64,000 nt of DNA, taken from contig NC_043019.1 of the NCBI RefSeq assembly GCF_006345805.1, positions 28,395,360 through 28,459,359 of the forward strand, given 5' to 3'. Of the stretch, positions 27,632 to 37,916 are shown piece by piece. Position 1 is the first letter of the stretch, and each line of letters begins with the position of its first letter. Origin of the DNA: Octopus sinensis (taxonomy: Eukaryota). Position numbers and translations under genes: made by a program. Under the pieces are notes generated by a model. It was not told the DNA's origin. It worked only from the letters and a program-made list of their open reading frames with translations, and searched no databases.

Positions 27632-30061
27632 ATATGTATGTATAATTTCACTTTTTACAGATCAAGTTTTGCATCACTTTTGAGCAATGGACAATTGTCT
27701 GCAAAAACTAGCACAAAGATTGAATTACCTGATGAGGACTTTTCTCATATTTTGGCCAAGTTATGTTTTCACCTTCACTTTACAAGTAAGAAATTTTCTT
27801 TACCTATTCTAACATTTGTGCATCAATTCTTATGTTGCTGTGAGATGAATGTTTCACAAGGTACATGACACTTAAAGCGATCCCAGAGTAAACCCGGACA
27901 TATCGTAAACATCAAAACTTATGTATTGATTTAAAGAACTTGCTGTTAATAAATAACTTCTGATTATTAACTTATTTTTAGATATATAAAAGAGCAGTGG
28001 TTCTCCATGTTTTTCACTCAGTGATGCACTGCACATCAAATAAAAAAACTTTGTGCATTTCATGTTGCTATTTCTAGCTTGCAAGGCAACTGCATATAGT
28101 TCCCCTCATTGGTAAAATCTAGTCCTGATACTCTGGATTGTAGCTTCTTTCAACTTGTGTTAAATTGATCAGAAGAACATCGATTTTTTCCATGTGTCTA
28201 CCACCTGAATCATTATGACGGGAGTGAGAAAACTAGGTAATATTGAAATCATGGAGAATAATGGCTTGAGAGAGAGAAAAGAGAGTTGATGTAGATGTCC
28301 CTATGGCAAAGTGAAATTTGTTTGTCCTTAGATTTAGTATAACATACGGTCCCAGCCAGCTGTCTGGAATTTGGAAAAAAAACGTAGTAGAGATTCAATT
28401 TAATTTTCCACTTGAGAAGATATTTCACTGTTTGTGGATTATTTTTTGAAAAAATACTTAGGTATCACTGTTCTAATTCTCATTAAAGTTAATTTGTCAT
28501 AAGGTTATTCTCACAAAAGTTCCATATTCTGATAAATTTTCTATTTCAGTTGTTGAACAGGTTGATCACAGTGCATCCCTATATAGTAGGTCTATTCAAG
28601 ATCACCATGTTTGCTTGCTTGTTAAATATTTGGTAAGTTGATATATTTTTACCCCTTTGTTGATTAACTCAGTTTTTGTCATCAGATGCAGGTACTTATG
28701 AGGGTTGTAAACAAAAAAGGAAGATAAATTGCCATACTTAATAAAATTGGGATGGTTTCCAACTTTTTAAACTTGTCTCCCCAACACCTAGCAAAGAAAA
28801 AAGAAATATATAGAAGCAACCTGTATTGGCTAGGGAATTTCATTATTTTTATTATTTTTTAAATTTTTATTTGAAGCAAAAATTTGAAAAACTGAGTTAT
28901 CAGTTTGATAATTTATCAGACTGCTTTTTGTCAATTCTGGATCTAAATATATTTCCCCTTTAATTATAAATACAGTATGGAAATTAAAGAAAATTGAATG
29001 AAGAAAAATAGTTCAATGCATTCAAACAGTCCTTTTATAGAATATTTAATGGAGAATTAATTGATTCAAGTTTAGTTTGTCCATTTAATACATAAAGCAT
29101 AATATTTTACAAATTTCAAATGTATAGTGTTAAAAAAAAACAATATTTTCTAACACTAGGAAGAGGTGCTGAAAAGTTCCTGGCTTTAAGGGTATCCTGA
29201 AAGGCCTGGTTAGAGGCCCAACCTTCCAAGTTCTTTTACAGAAGTTAGAAAAATTAAAGGACTGCTGCAATAAGTGTGTGAGTCTGAGAAGAGAATATGT
29301 TGAATAAAATCATAATTAATTGATCCTCTTATTATCATCATCATCATCGTTTAACATCCACTTTCCATGCTAGCATGGGTTGGACGATTCCTTCCTAATG
29401 CCAACCACTCCGAGAGTTTAGTGGGTGCTTTTACGTGCCACTGGCATGAGAGCCAGTCAGGCGGTACTGGCAACGGCCACGCTCAAATGGTGTTTTTTAC
29501 GTGCCACTTGCACAGGAGCCAGTCCAGCGGCACTGGAAACGACCTTGCTCAAATGTTTTTTCACATGCCACTGGCACAAGTGCCAGTAAGCCAACGCTGG
29601 TAACAATCACGCTTGAATGGTGCTTTTTATGTGCCACCGGCACAGAAGCCATTTAGCTGCTCTGCCAACAATCACGCTCAGATGGTGTTCTTATAGCTCC
29701 ACTAGCACGGATGCCAGTCATCGAATTTGATTTCGATTTCACTTGCCTCAACAGGTCTTCGCAAGCAGAGTTTAGTGTCCAATGAAGGAAAGGTACGCAT
29801 AAGTGGGCTGGTTACACCCTTGGCATAGGCCACGAGGTTATGGTCTCACTTGGCTTGCCGGGTCTTCTCAAGCACAGCATGTTTCCAAAGGTCTCAGTCA
29901 CTAGTTATTGCCTCAGTGATGCCTAATGTTCAAAGTTCTTGTATTTTCTTTTACTCAAAGTCAAGAACTTTCCAGCATCCCTTCATATATGTCTATAAGA
30001 GGTGTTACCTCTGAACTAATACAACAGTTTAGCAGGCTTTTCATTGTTATATCTACATTAC

Positions 30062-30092
<31 letters not shown>

Positions 30093-30240
30093 ATTTATGT
30101 ATGTATGTATGCTAATCGTTTATGTATCTCTTTTTCAGCCAAATAACCAACTGAACATTGATGCTAAAAGTTCTGAGTCTATGTTGCTTTCTAATATAAT
30201 TGATGACATCAAAGCAATTTTGAGTATGACAACCCAATGA
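537..30240 (+). CDS. AP3D1: AP-3 complex subunit delta-1, 3' part (21 coding exons, 2551 nt, ~849 aa to TGA); 5' exons upstream of window
   Basis: Exons joined by hand at GT-AG sites stay in one frame to a TGA at 30238-30240. Peptides match remembered human delta-adaptin: YVSILVELTRMEGTRHG, EVLYAAAWICGEFSE, LPGHIQSVYVQN, SADLEVQER, GELNPVA.KAQ.KVPVP, LDLD.WINE, IDLSVPL, THEKLDF, SLYSRSIQDHHVCLLVK. Confidence 0.97.
1778..1930 (+). mobile_element. Tigger/pogo-like MITE fragment (CCRTATTTTCYGGCATACAAG end); other copies ~26084-26240 (+), 37485-37600, 38210-38415, 41755-41862 (-)
   Basis: Shared terminus and shared internal ATGTGAAATGCAGCAGGATTTGGAAAGATAGTG in several copies. Confidence 0.6.
1956..2082. 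mobile_element. Tc1/mariner-type MITE, 127 bp, 31-bp TIRs, TA TSD
   Basis: TA|CAGGGTGTCCACAAAGTCTGGGTACATGGAG ... CTCCATGTACCCAGACTTTGTGGATACCCTG|TA (one mismatch). Confidence 0.85.
2177..2280 (+). CDS. AP3D1: AP3D1 exon 2: AVLLDNSHVLASNSQRNGICEVLYAAAWICGEFS(E)
   Basis: ttctag| acceptor, GA|gtaag donor; 104 nt. Confidence 0.95.
3218..3449 (+). CDS. AP3D1: AP3D1 exon 3: YLKDPKSTLEAMLRPKITALPGHIQSVYVQN...SADLEVQER
   Basis: ttttag| acceptor, CGG|gtaag donor; 232 nt. Confidence 0.95.
3835..4260 (+). mobile_element. tRNA-head SINE family 1 (GGCGCAGGAGTGGCTGTGTGGTAAG...)
   Basis: A/B-box-like head, CCTTGGGCAAGTGTCTTCT core, (TG/TA)n linker, TGCTCCAGCATGGC tail. Further copies ~13745-13900, 20985-21385, 21574-21902, 23600-23960, 46065-46170, 62790-62950 (+) and 51577-51730 (-). 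Confidence 0.85.
4589..4807. mobile_element. Mariner-type MITE (GAGGGGGTGCTGAAAAGTTCCTGGCTTT TIR); other copies 49939-50147 and ~29160-29330 (interrupted)
   Basis: Imperfect ~28-bp TIRs, TA at both ends, shared internal sequence. Confidence 0.8.
5032..5177 (+). CDS. AP3D1: AP3D1 exon 4: ACCVLQLVKYVMKLQEK...GELNPVALKAQRKVPVPD(K)
   Basis: ttcaag| acceptor, AA|gtatgt donor; 146 nt. Confidence 0.93.
5839..5937 (+). CDS. AP3D1: AP3D1 exon 5: LDLDRWINEIPSDSSDEEIRGTSLFTTTGDDH(K)
   Basis: gtcaag| acceptor, AA|gtatgt donor; 99 nt. Confidence 0.93.
6964..7024 (+). CDS. AP3D1: AP3D1 exon 6: STYKNDVKKIAEPTEEELER
   Basis: ttgaag| acceptor, AGG|gtaagt donor; 61 nt; phase fits both neighbours. Confidence 0.88.
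8180..8248 (+). CDS. AP3D1: AP3D1 exon 7: RREQRRIEQMHNPHYLKDDGKSK
   Basis: atttag| acceptor, AAA|gtaagt donor; 69 nt. Confidence 0.93.
9292..9684 (+). mobile_element. SINE family 1 copy nested in a piggyBac-type MITE
   Basis: AGCTT short direct repeat at 9287-9291 and 9685-9689; MITE sequence resumes on both sides. Confidence 0.85.
10578..10656 (+). CDS. AP3D1: AP3D1 exon 8: SKRYESINIEDIPVADIDLSVPLHVP(G)
   Basis: ttttag| acceptor, G|gtaag donor; 79 nt. Confidence 0.94.
14751..14962 (+). CDS. AP3D1: AP3D1 exon 9: LSSSDKYLKLGNSMLDG...KKSKKTKRKRERKG...VSTVMDMPE
   Basis: cctcag| acceptor, GAG|gtatga donor; 212 nt. Confidence 0.93.
15023..15253 (+). mobile_element. tRNA-head SINE family 3 (GGYGGCGAGCTGGCAGAAACGTTAG...)
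   Basis: 12-bp TSD GGTATGGATGAA (15011-15022, 15254-15265); B-box-like GAGTTCAAATTCC; AATAAAGAAATA tail. Other copies ~4315-4540, 7790-8010, 22105-22320, 61695-61830 (+) and 26700-26850 (-). Confidence 0.88.
16546..16625 (+). CDS. AP3D1: AP3D1 exon 10: GAHLSDKDDDDKNADDPHRKLNIDLD(E)
   Basis: tattag| acceptor, GA|gtaagt donor; 80 nt. Confidence 0.94.
18417..18570 (+). CDS. AP3D1: AP3D1 exon 11: PLREDEKLPVRTHHVVLDY...KKKSKKEKDKSKKKKK
   Basis: ttacag| acceptor, AAG|gtaaga donor; 154 nt. Confidence 0.92.
18830..19210 (+). mobile_element. RTE-clade LINE 3' remnant (different subfamily), (GGAT)n tail
   Basis: ERSQLWYYGFGIRMLQERITR*VLQVKPTRKKPRSRPRMKWLNNV matches the RTE C-terminal LRW.GH..RM...R...G.R.RGRP...W motif; one in-frame stop. 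Confidence 0.7.
20186..20323 (+). CDS. AP3D1: AP3D1 exon 12 (hinge): ERKIQKKELSSASFDDNRVNG...LPAEDPQAQ
   Basis: ttgcag| acceptor, CAA|gtaagg donor; 138 nt, open, phase 0-0; low sequence conservation. Confidence 0.8.
20605..20760 (+). CDS. AP3D1: AP3D1 exon 13 (hinge): HEDLEFWLSAGDISAAH...NNHLSTE
   Basis: ttctag| acceptor, GAA|gtatgt donor; 156 nt; DLEFWLS motif. Confidence 0.88.
22394..22567 (+). CDS. AP3D1: AP3D1 exon 14: KQKKKKEKRTKERKKEKKKKVEEEKNRSEYEEAEGVATPSKE...FDSP
   Basis: ttcaaag| acceptor, CCT|gtgagt donor; 174 nt. Confidence 0.88.
23054..23272 (+). mobile_element. piggyBac-type MITE family A, near-complete copy (TTAA|CCCTTTAGCATT...AATGCTAATGG|TTAA)
   Basis: TTAA TSDs at 23050-23053 and 23273-23276. 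Other copies ~2342-2891, 9201-9826 (-), 32090-32253 (-), 33725-33884 (-), 35375-35470, 39165-39290, 48820-49306. Confidence 0.8.
23444..23491 (+). CDS. AP3D1: AP3D1 exon 15: PMSNYRRLAGNESLKM
   Basis: ttgtag| acceptor, ATG|gtatgt donor; 48 nt; corresponds to human SSYSLLAENSYVKM. Confidence 0.9.
24070..24207 (+). CDS. AP3D1: AP3D1 exon 16 (ear): VYETRVSQQRSDQIVISVIFTNQS...VLNTLNARLIRT
   Basis: aaccag| acceptor, ACA|gtaagt donor; 138 nt. Confidence 0.93.
24277..24591 (+). mobile_element. hAT (Charlie-like) MITE, CAGTGGTTCTCAACC termini
   Basis: TIRs; 8-bp TSD GTCTACCA/GTCTACTG (6 of 8). Confidence 0.75.
24962..25099 (+). CDS. AP3D1: AP3D1 exon 17: FGSDHDPVKVPFLLLPNSQNEGQFAFSIQNITMPQKMKGTLTYIIK
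   Basis: ttccag| acceptor, AAG|gtaagc donor; 138 nt. Confidence 0.94.
25574..25826 (+). mobile_element. hAT (Charlie-like) MITE, same family
   Basis: CAGAGGTTCTTAAC...GTTGAGAAACACTG; perfect 8-bp TSD ATTTATCA at 25566-25573 and 25827-25834. Confidence 0.85.
26408..26641 (+). mobile_element. SINE family 3, full-length
   Basis: 13-bp TSD AGAATATATTTTC (26393-26405, 26642-26654). Confidence 0.88.
26986..27071 (+). CDS. AP3D1: AP3D1 exon 18: TAEGSTHEKLDFKICFPCSSYLIGTQCK(G)
   Basis: ttccag| acceptor, GG|gtaagt donor; 86 nt. Confidence 0.94.
27661..27785 (+). CDS. AP3D1: AP3D1 exon 19: SSFASLLSNGQLSAKTSTK...ILAKLCFHLHFT
   Basis: ttacag| acceptor, A|gtaaga donor; 125 nt. Confidence 0.93.
28550..28632 (+). 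CDS. AP3D1: AP3D1 exon 20: VEQVDHSASLYSRSIQDHHVCLLVKYL
   Basis: tttcag| acceptor, TTG|gtaagt donor; 83 nt. Confidence 0.95.
29331..29935 (-). mobile_element. 5'-truncated RTE-clade LINE 3' end (ORF2 C-terminus, tandem-repeat 3'UTR, (GAT)n tail)
   Basis: - strand reads TLGITEAITSD*DLWKHAVLEKTRQAK*, then ~55-bp tandem units and a GATGATGAT tail. Shorter copies at ~962-1150, 2560-2790, 3575-3720, 16645-16905, 25365-25532, 32880-33035, 43070-43335 (+) and 8471-8950, 46555-46935, 48988-49255, 53265-53530, 56077-56270, 58910-59180, 62295-62420 (-). Confidence 0.75.
30139..30240 (+). CDS. AP3D1: AP3D1 last coding exon: PNNQLNIDAKSSESMLLSNIIDDIKAILSMTTQ*
   Basis: tttcag| acceptor; TGA stop 30238-30240; 102 nt. 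Confidence 0.94.
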   Translation, partial: PNNQLNIDAKSSESMLLSNIIDDIKAILSMTTQ

Positions 30241-30612
30241 CACAGCAATACCAGTTCTTCACAGTGATGGCTACACTAATACAAGTGGCAGTTGTTCTGG
30301 TTATCTTCAATGGTATTGCTTTGAAATATCATCTCTAAAAGATAGTTGTTTCAGACTCTGGTACACCTTGTTTGAAGTCTAATCTGTTTCACATTACGGG
30401 AAGAATGGTGGAGGAAAAAGCAGTATTTGTCTACAAGTTCATAGTTTATCAAATGACGATGGTTTTTGTTTTTTTTTTTCATCATTGAAAGATAATATTG
30501 TTTGTTTTACTATTTCTTGATAAGTTTCCTTCAAAATATTATTTTGTTTCATAATTATTAGAAAGCATTTCAAATGAATTTCAACCATGGCAAAAGAACC
30601 CCAAAGTCTAGG

Positions 30613-30618
30613 AATAAA
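30613..30618 (+). terminator. Candidate AP3D1 polyadenylation signal (AATAAA)
   Basis: AATAAA ~370 nt after the stop, followed by U-rich sequence; other candidates exist further on. Confidence 0.3.
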
Positions 30619-33600
30619 AGTGTCATATCTCTGTTGCATACTTCTTTATATTCCTTGTTAGTTTGTTTGACTACTTTTGACTGGATTTTTATATTTTCTT
30701 TAACATTTTTTTCTATGCAAGTTTAAATAATTTAATTATGTAAAAATGATTTTATAATTTCTCAAAAGTTTATGTATTTTCTTTTATTTTAATAGACTAG
30801 AGTTTTTTTTTGTTTTGATTACAGGAGAATTTTATTTAATTTTTTGCCTAAAATGTCTAAAATTCAATTGAAAGAAATTGGTCCTCTTTGTCCTTTTGTG
30901 AAGGAGAATCTTAATGACATATCTTAAACGTAAAGTCTTTCCTGGTGTATGGCAAAAACAAGAATCATTTGTCTCTGAAGAATTGAATTGAATTAAAAAA
31001 TCGTCTTTGAAAACCTATTCAGTATTAAACAGAGACATAGCACTGCAGCATTTGTATTTCTCACTGTAGGTTCTGATTTCAAATTCTTTTCTAATTCTAA
31101 TAAAGTGAGGAGCCAGTAGCACACCAGGTTGACTGTTGAGGCAATTCATTCTTCTGCTATCCTAAAAAAATTGACCGACAGTCTAAGTAAGAAATCAGCC
31201 AAATAGAGCCAAAGAATTTCCTCTTCTCCAAGACTGTGATCTAAATAACAGTTTAGGCTTTATTTAGACTGGATCTAGTTTCCCTATTTATATCTCTGAC
31301 TTCATCGTGTTATTTTCAAGAAATAGAAAACTTTAAAAAATATTGAGTTGATTTATTTGTTTTATATATTTATGTTCTTAGAAGTAAGACAGCAGTATGA
31401 ATTAACAAATATATTTTCAAATAGTTAAATATATAAAAAAAGAAAAAAAACTATAAAGCTACAAATAACAGCATGTAAATACTGGGTCGGGGAATCCTTT
31501 GGGTTGTAAAAGTCAAAGGCTGCCTGGTTTTTTAAATCCAATATTTACACACTATTATTTGTAGCTTTATGTGTTTCAAAACTCATTGTTCCCCAAAAAA
31601 CTTATTTCATGTTCTCTCGAAGTTTATAAAATTCTTATGACATCAAAAAAAGCTATGACTTGACTGCCAAAATTTAGAAAATCTTAACAATAAATCAAAA
31701 TTCTAAAATCTTAGCAACTAATTCCTAATTTGGTTCATAAGGTTTTTTTGGTTTTTTTTATTGCAAACAAATCACCATGGTATGGTTGATACCTATGTAT
31801 TTAGATATTTCTCTAGTCATGAGTAGAAATATCAATCCTGCTTGCACAAAGTGACTGATGAATAATCTTAAAGAGTCTCGTTAATATAGCCAAAACAAAT
31901 TAACAGACCTGATTAGTGGGACATAGTGTCAGATAACTATGTACTGTGGTCGGAAGCACAGTTTACTTGGCAAGTGATAGAAACAGACTCCAAGACTCAT
32001 CAGTGGAAAGGTTGTCTGAAGTTGATGGTTATAATGTATGTCATGAGATAAATAGAAAAATCTTTGTAATTACCATATTCATATTGTTTGGAATTAACCA
32101 TGCATTATGTCATAGCTTTGGGATTTCAATGATGTGATTATTTATTTTTACAATAACATTATAGGGTAGGTGTGAGAGGCTGGATCTGATCAGTTTGAAC
32201 ATAAAGCAGAATATTTGTGCTGGATATGGCTGTTTTAAATATTAAAAGGTTGACCTGATCCATAGTAAATAAAACAATTTTTAAAAATTTTACCCTAAAA
32301 AAAAAAGGTTTTTACTTGCCTTTACAATATTTGTTAAATAAATAGATATTTACACACATTGAGTATTGTGGATAGGATCTCTAATATATTTCTCTTTGAC
32401 ATATTACTAGAAAAGTACCATGTGACTTCAAATATTTTTGGTAACAGAGATAATCTCTGTTACCAATTTAGCTCACAAGGAAGCTCAGACCTGGTCACTC
32501 AACCTGCTAGCAATTTCAGGCAAATCTCCCTCATATCACATCCTACCATCTTAAAAATAGAAAGGAAACATTGGGTAAAGTACTCCATGTTACATGAACC
32601 ATTACATGAAGCTTCTGCATAGTCACATGGCATGTTAGAAATGCAAACAAATGTCACTCTTATTACACTATACTGCCTTAAAAAAGGGAAGGACACATTG
32701 AATAATGTAGCCCTAGGCTTGGGGAAAAAGATGAGATGGTCATAAATTCCTTTGATTATAGATCTGCTGGATCAGGATTGACCTTGGGCTAAAGAGCAAC
32801 AGCTAATTTGGATTTCCCAAGCCGACATATCTTTATCTCCTTTTACTTGTTTCAGGCATAATTATTTATATATTTATTACACTCTCGGAGTGGTTGGCGT
32901 TAGGAAGGGCATCCAGCCATAGAAACCATGCCAAATCAGACTGGAGTCTGGTGCAGCCTTCCAGCGTGCCAGCCCTAGTCAAACCGTCCAACCCATGCCA
33001 GCATGGACAATGGACATGAGATGATGATGACGATGTTTCTAAATACCATGTAGGAAACTGATTGGTAAAATCAACTGTCTTTAAAATTTATTAACTTTAT
33101 CCAATTAATCTATACTAATTGATGGTTCGTCAAAGGAAGGGAATTACACATTGTTATGATATTTAATTAATTTCCATGTAAAACATTAGCAATTTTATTT
33201 CCTGAATAACTGATTGTGCATTTCTTTCTGATAACTTTTTTTATTTCTTACATATGTCAGTTTAAAACACATTTCAACTTATTTAAAACAATAATAAAAG
33301 AAACTATAATTCTGCCTGAAATACCTTTGATTATAGGTCCACTTGATCAAGACTTAACTAGGAATGCCTCTACATGTCTTAAATGTATGAAAAATAGAAG
33401 CCAAATCTCCTACATATTGTTCCCTATCGTCTTAAAAATAAAAATGGGTACTGGATGAAATCATCCTCTATATACTGTATGTGGAAATATGGGTTGGTCA
33501 TAGTTGGCGTGGGTTTGGTAAAAGATCTGCTGCATGAAGGCTGAGGTGGGGCTAAATGACAACTTCTAAAAACTAGTTGAACCAGCAAGAGAACCTCTAT

Positions 33601-34008
33601 GCATTCACTTACCCTTCTAACAATAGAAGCTACATCTCCCTCAAACCACACCCACTTTGAAAACAAAGGACACTTTAGCCCTTTAGTGTTCAGATTATTC
33701 AATCAAATATAATGCCTATTGATTCCCATTGATTTGAATTAATCATGCATTATTTCATATCTTCAAGTGCTTGGTGTAATTACTTAATGTAGAATAACAT
33801 TGTAGGGTAGGTGTGAGAGCCTGGATCTGATCAGTTTGAACATAAAACAGATTAACTATTTTGGCCGGTTTAAATACTAAAGGGTTAAATAATGTAGTCC
33901 ACGGACATAGGATGGTCATGGTTGGAATGCTTTTGATCATAGATCTGCTGGATGAGGGCTAACCTCAAGTTAAGCATTAAATTCCAATCTTTGTTTCATC
34001 AGATTTAA

Positions 34009-34218
34009 CCCTTTTGACACCAATCCACCTGAGACCACCCTCACTGATTCTATGATACAAACTTCCTGTCTTAAAGTGATCTAAATCAAAACCTTCCATC
34101 AAAATTTCATGTTTATTTATATCCCAAACACCTGCTCTAATAATGACAGTTATTTTACCAAATTCTTCATTATTTTTAGAAGTAATCAAAGCAAAGGCAG
34201 CGTATTTCAACAAAAGAG
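34009..34218. mobile_element. piggyBac-type MITE family B (TTAA|CCCTTTTGAYACC...); other copies ~10935-11200, 14089-14283, 39787-39830
   Basis: TTAA at 34005-34008 and 34219-34222; shared internal sequence with 14089-14283. Confidence 0.65.
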
Positions 34219-35689
34219 TTAATTCTTATTCTTCATGTTGTGTCTGAGGAATTAACACTAATTGTAAATTATTTTTCTGTTAAGATTGCATTAAAAAAAA
34301 AAAACTAGTGTTTGTTATAGGATTTTTTTTTAAATTTTAGAAACTTCGAGAGATAGGAAAAATTACGTTAACAGTGACACTTGAAGTAGATAAAGCTATA
34401 AATAATAGCACGCAAATATTGGGTTAAAAATTTGCTTGAATAGAAAATAAAACATTGGTGGCTGCCCATGTGTTCATATCTTGTCCAAGGGATTGTTTAA
34501 CTCAATATTCTACATGCTATTATTTATAGCTCTATCTGCTTCAAGCTCCACTGTGACCATGATTTATTTCTTATTCATTTCTATTTTAAAACCTTATGAT
34601 AGTGTTTTTATCAGTTTCCTCCCCACCCCTCCAACATTTCTTTTTAGTTTTTGCTTCATAAATTTCCAGTGAAAAAAGACACTTTGACACTTTTGTAAGA
34701 TTTGTATATTAAAATAAAAAGAAAAATTCAAATTGAAACTTAGTTCCTATTTTTTGTTATTAATCTTTTTTTTTAATGAATCTTACATGTTTGGAAATTT
34801 TTTTTTTTTTAGGAATTTTAATAATATTGATTTATAGTTAAACCCGTTCTTTTTGTTAGGCAAAACTAGTTAATGAGAAACAACACTTTCACAAACATTA
34901 AAATTGTAGACCAAAGACCAAAAAAAAAACTTACTGCTTTTATCTTCCCAGTTCCAAGGTTAACCTTTTGTATGTAATTGTCAATCATGACTCTTTACTT
35001 ACTATATATACTTTCTCCTATTCGAGAAGGATATTAATAAGAATAAAAAAAAAAAAGAAAGAAAAATTTAATAATGATAATAAATGAATAAATTGTAAAA
35101 TAAGGTTGTAAATTTATCAGAATCATTGTACAGAGTAATTGGTATGATAACTGAGAAGTATTCCATCTTGAAATGTATTTTATGACAATAAAATTTATAG
35201 AAAGGAGTTTCTTTTTTTTTTTTTTTTTTTTTTTTTTTGCTTCTGTATTTCATTTTTCTCACTGCCATTACATACATTAAAGGTCGTTGTTCTGCCAAAT
35301 TGTAGAAGGCAAATAATATGGCTTTATGGGCTTGTGTGGCATGAAAAAAATCCAAGAAAATAATTTTTTGTTTTAACCCTTTAGCATTTCAGATTGCTTT
35401 GTCAAATGCGGTGCTGGCTCATGTGGAATTTCAACCATGTTTCGTGGTCTATTTGTATTCTAGAATGTGATAAAGTGTAGAATTAGATTATTATCCTGCT
35501 TCCAGCTACAGTGTTGCTGCCAGGATTTGAAAAATAGGGCAGATTTCCCTCCTTTATTTTGCGATTTAGAGGGGATTTTTGAAAAACAAGGGGGAATTCG
35601 CAGTGGTGTTCAGTAAACAAATTAAACACACTACCCAGCAGTGGCTAAAACATGAACCAATCAAGTTTATTTGTATTCTTTTTATATAC

Positions 35690-36080
35690 TCTTTCACTTG
35701 TTTCAGTCATTTGACTGCGGCCATGCTGGAGCACCGCCTTTAATCGAGCAACTCGACCCCGGGACTTATTCTTTTGTAAGCCCAGTACTTATTCTATCGA
35801 TCTCTTTTGCCGAACCGCTAAGTAACGGGGACATAAACACACCAGCATCAGTTGTCAAGCAATGCTAGGGGGACAAACACAAACACACACACGCATATAT
35901 ATATATATACATATATACGACGAGCTTCTATCAGTTTCCGTCTACCAAATCCACTCACAAGGCTTTGGTCGGCCTGAGGCTATAGTAGAAGATACTTGCG
36001 CAAGGTGCCACGCAGTGGGACTGAACCCGGAACCATGTGGTTGGTAAACAAGCTACTTACCACACAGCCACTCCTGCGCC
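35690..36080 (-). mobile_element. SINE family 1, full-length
   Basis: Reverse complement of the 3835-4260 element. Confidence 0.85.
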
Positions 36081-37611
36081 TATGTTTGTTTCCTTTTACA
36101 CAATATTAAAACAACAGCTAAAAATTTTCTGAAGCAGCACCCCCAACTAATTTTATCTACGAGCTACCTCTGGTCAAATGTAATGGTCATTTATGTCAAG
36201 GAGAGTCCCCATTCCATGTGATACCCCTCATCTGCTGTGACTATGCAACAAATGGTTGGCCAATACAAGCTATCGACCCAGCCACATCCTCAATGAAGGG
36301 AACATAGTAAGCAGGGTCTAATTCAGAAAATCCAGCAACATGGTCAAACAGTCATACTAGTAACAGGACATATCCCAGTTTCTGAGGAGTTATTGTTTTG
36401 GATACAAAATCCAGCCAATGGTAGTCCATAATCACTCAAAGTATTCTGGTACCAAAGGAGTGATATAAGAGAATTGGTCTTAAGTGGCTCTAGCTCTATG
36501 GAAACTATACTGGTGGGCCCTGAGGAGAGAAAGATTCAAAGTACTGAAGAATGTATCTGTTAGCAGCTCTATTGATATAGAAACATTGGAAGTGAGTTGA
36601 ATAGGGTGTTACATGACTAGGTCAGAGGGATTGCCTTTCTTTGGGAGACATTAAAATGTCCTTCCAAATGTCAGTATATCTTTTAGAGCCGAGTCCTCAA
36701 TCACTGAACCACAGACCAGTAGGGGGCTGTGGATCATTTGGTACTGGGCCACACAGAAAGAATAAATTTTAAAATTCTATTGCTATTTTATCGACCACCA
36801 GAGTCTGCAGTGTGTTTTTGTATTAAATATATATGTAGTAATTAAGATTATATCTAATGAAGTTTATTGTGGGTTTTTTTTGTGCACATGATCTCACAGT
36901 CTGTGGAAAAATTGTCTTGGATGAAACCAGTTCCTTATGCTAAAATATATGTGTGTATAAATATAAATGTAAGATCCAAGGGTTGAGGTGTAGGAAGAAG
37001 GTGAGCTTCAAGTAAACTAGAAAATGTAAAAAAACAACTTTGAGGAACAAGAGTGGTTTATTGAGGTGGAAGGTTGTAGATATTTTTCTGTAATGACGTA
37101 TGGTAAGCTGAAAAAATATATTTTATATTTCACGGTAGGCAGCCAGGTATGCGAATAAAATATAAGAGTTAAGGAAAGGGGTTGATAAGATCCAGGCTAC
37201 ATATGATTCATAGCGAGCGGAACCTTGGAAGTAGTAAATATCCAAGCAAGGTGTATACTGCAGGCTATTCTTCAGGCCAAGGATATCTTGATTAAATGAA
37301 AATTTACATTGTCACAAGGAGGTACATGTTGACAGAAGATTTGATCAGAATATGCATATGATCTCACTTCTGCTCTCATCTAGCCTGGACTATATTTCAC
37401 ATCTTGCTTGGCTACATTTCACATGTAGCATAGCCCTATTATTAGTTGAAATGTGGCCTACATTTTACATATACACATGCCTGCCTACCATATTTTCTGA
37501 CATACAAGTCGAAACAGTATACAGTGGAAACATATGTCAACATTATCACTGTCTTTCTAAATCCTGCTGCATTTTACATGGAATTTTTAGTCAGCAAGGT
37601 CATTTAACTGT

Positions 37612-37916
37612 GGAGGCCCAGTGGTTAGGGCAGCGGACTCACGGTCGGAGAATCGCAGTTTCAATTCCCAGACCGGGCGTTGTGTGTGTTTATTGAGTGA
37701 AAACACCTAAAGCTCCATGAGCTTCCGGCAGGGGATGGTGGCGACCGCTGTCGTACTCTTTCGCCCCAACTTTCTCTTACTCTTTCTTCCTGTTTCTTGA
37801 GTAATGCTGCGATGAACTGGCGTCGCATCCAGCTGGGGGGAACACATACGCCACAAAAACTGGGAAACCGGGCCCATGAGCCTGGCTAGGCTTGGAAAGG
37901 GCACATAAAAAAAGAA
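37612..37916 (+). mobile_element. tRNA-head SINE (GGAGGCCCAGTGGTTAGGGCAGCGGACTC...) inserted in a Tigger-like MITE; related copies ~55172-55470 and 43355-43450 (-)
   Basis: 13-bp TSD GTCATTTAACTGT (37599-37611, 37917-37929); A-rich tail. Confidence 0.85.

Noticed and set aside
29400-29720. Regularly spaced repeats resembling a CRISPR array (also 60428-60627)
   Set aside because: Degenerate tandem units without unique spacers, in eukaryotic retroelement or minisatellite context; no cas genes.
33613-33654. Apparent 42-nt - strand exon WVWFEGDVASIVRR with AG and GT ends
   Set aside because: Part of a dispersed repeat also at ~12180, 32530, 33400 and 59320 with broken frames; no partner exons found.
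33977-34213. Protein-looking 78-aa ORF (MLKYAAFALITSK...)
   Set aside because: Lies almost entirely inside a TTAA-bounded MITE whose sequence recurs at ~14089 and ~10935.
36180-36660. GC-richer intergenic stretch that might be a decayed retroelement ORF (similar stretches ~7050-7620, 11330-11970, 12700-12950)
   Set aside because: Multiple stops and no motif I can recognise with confidence; needs tblastx or RepeatMasker.
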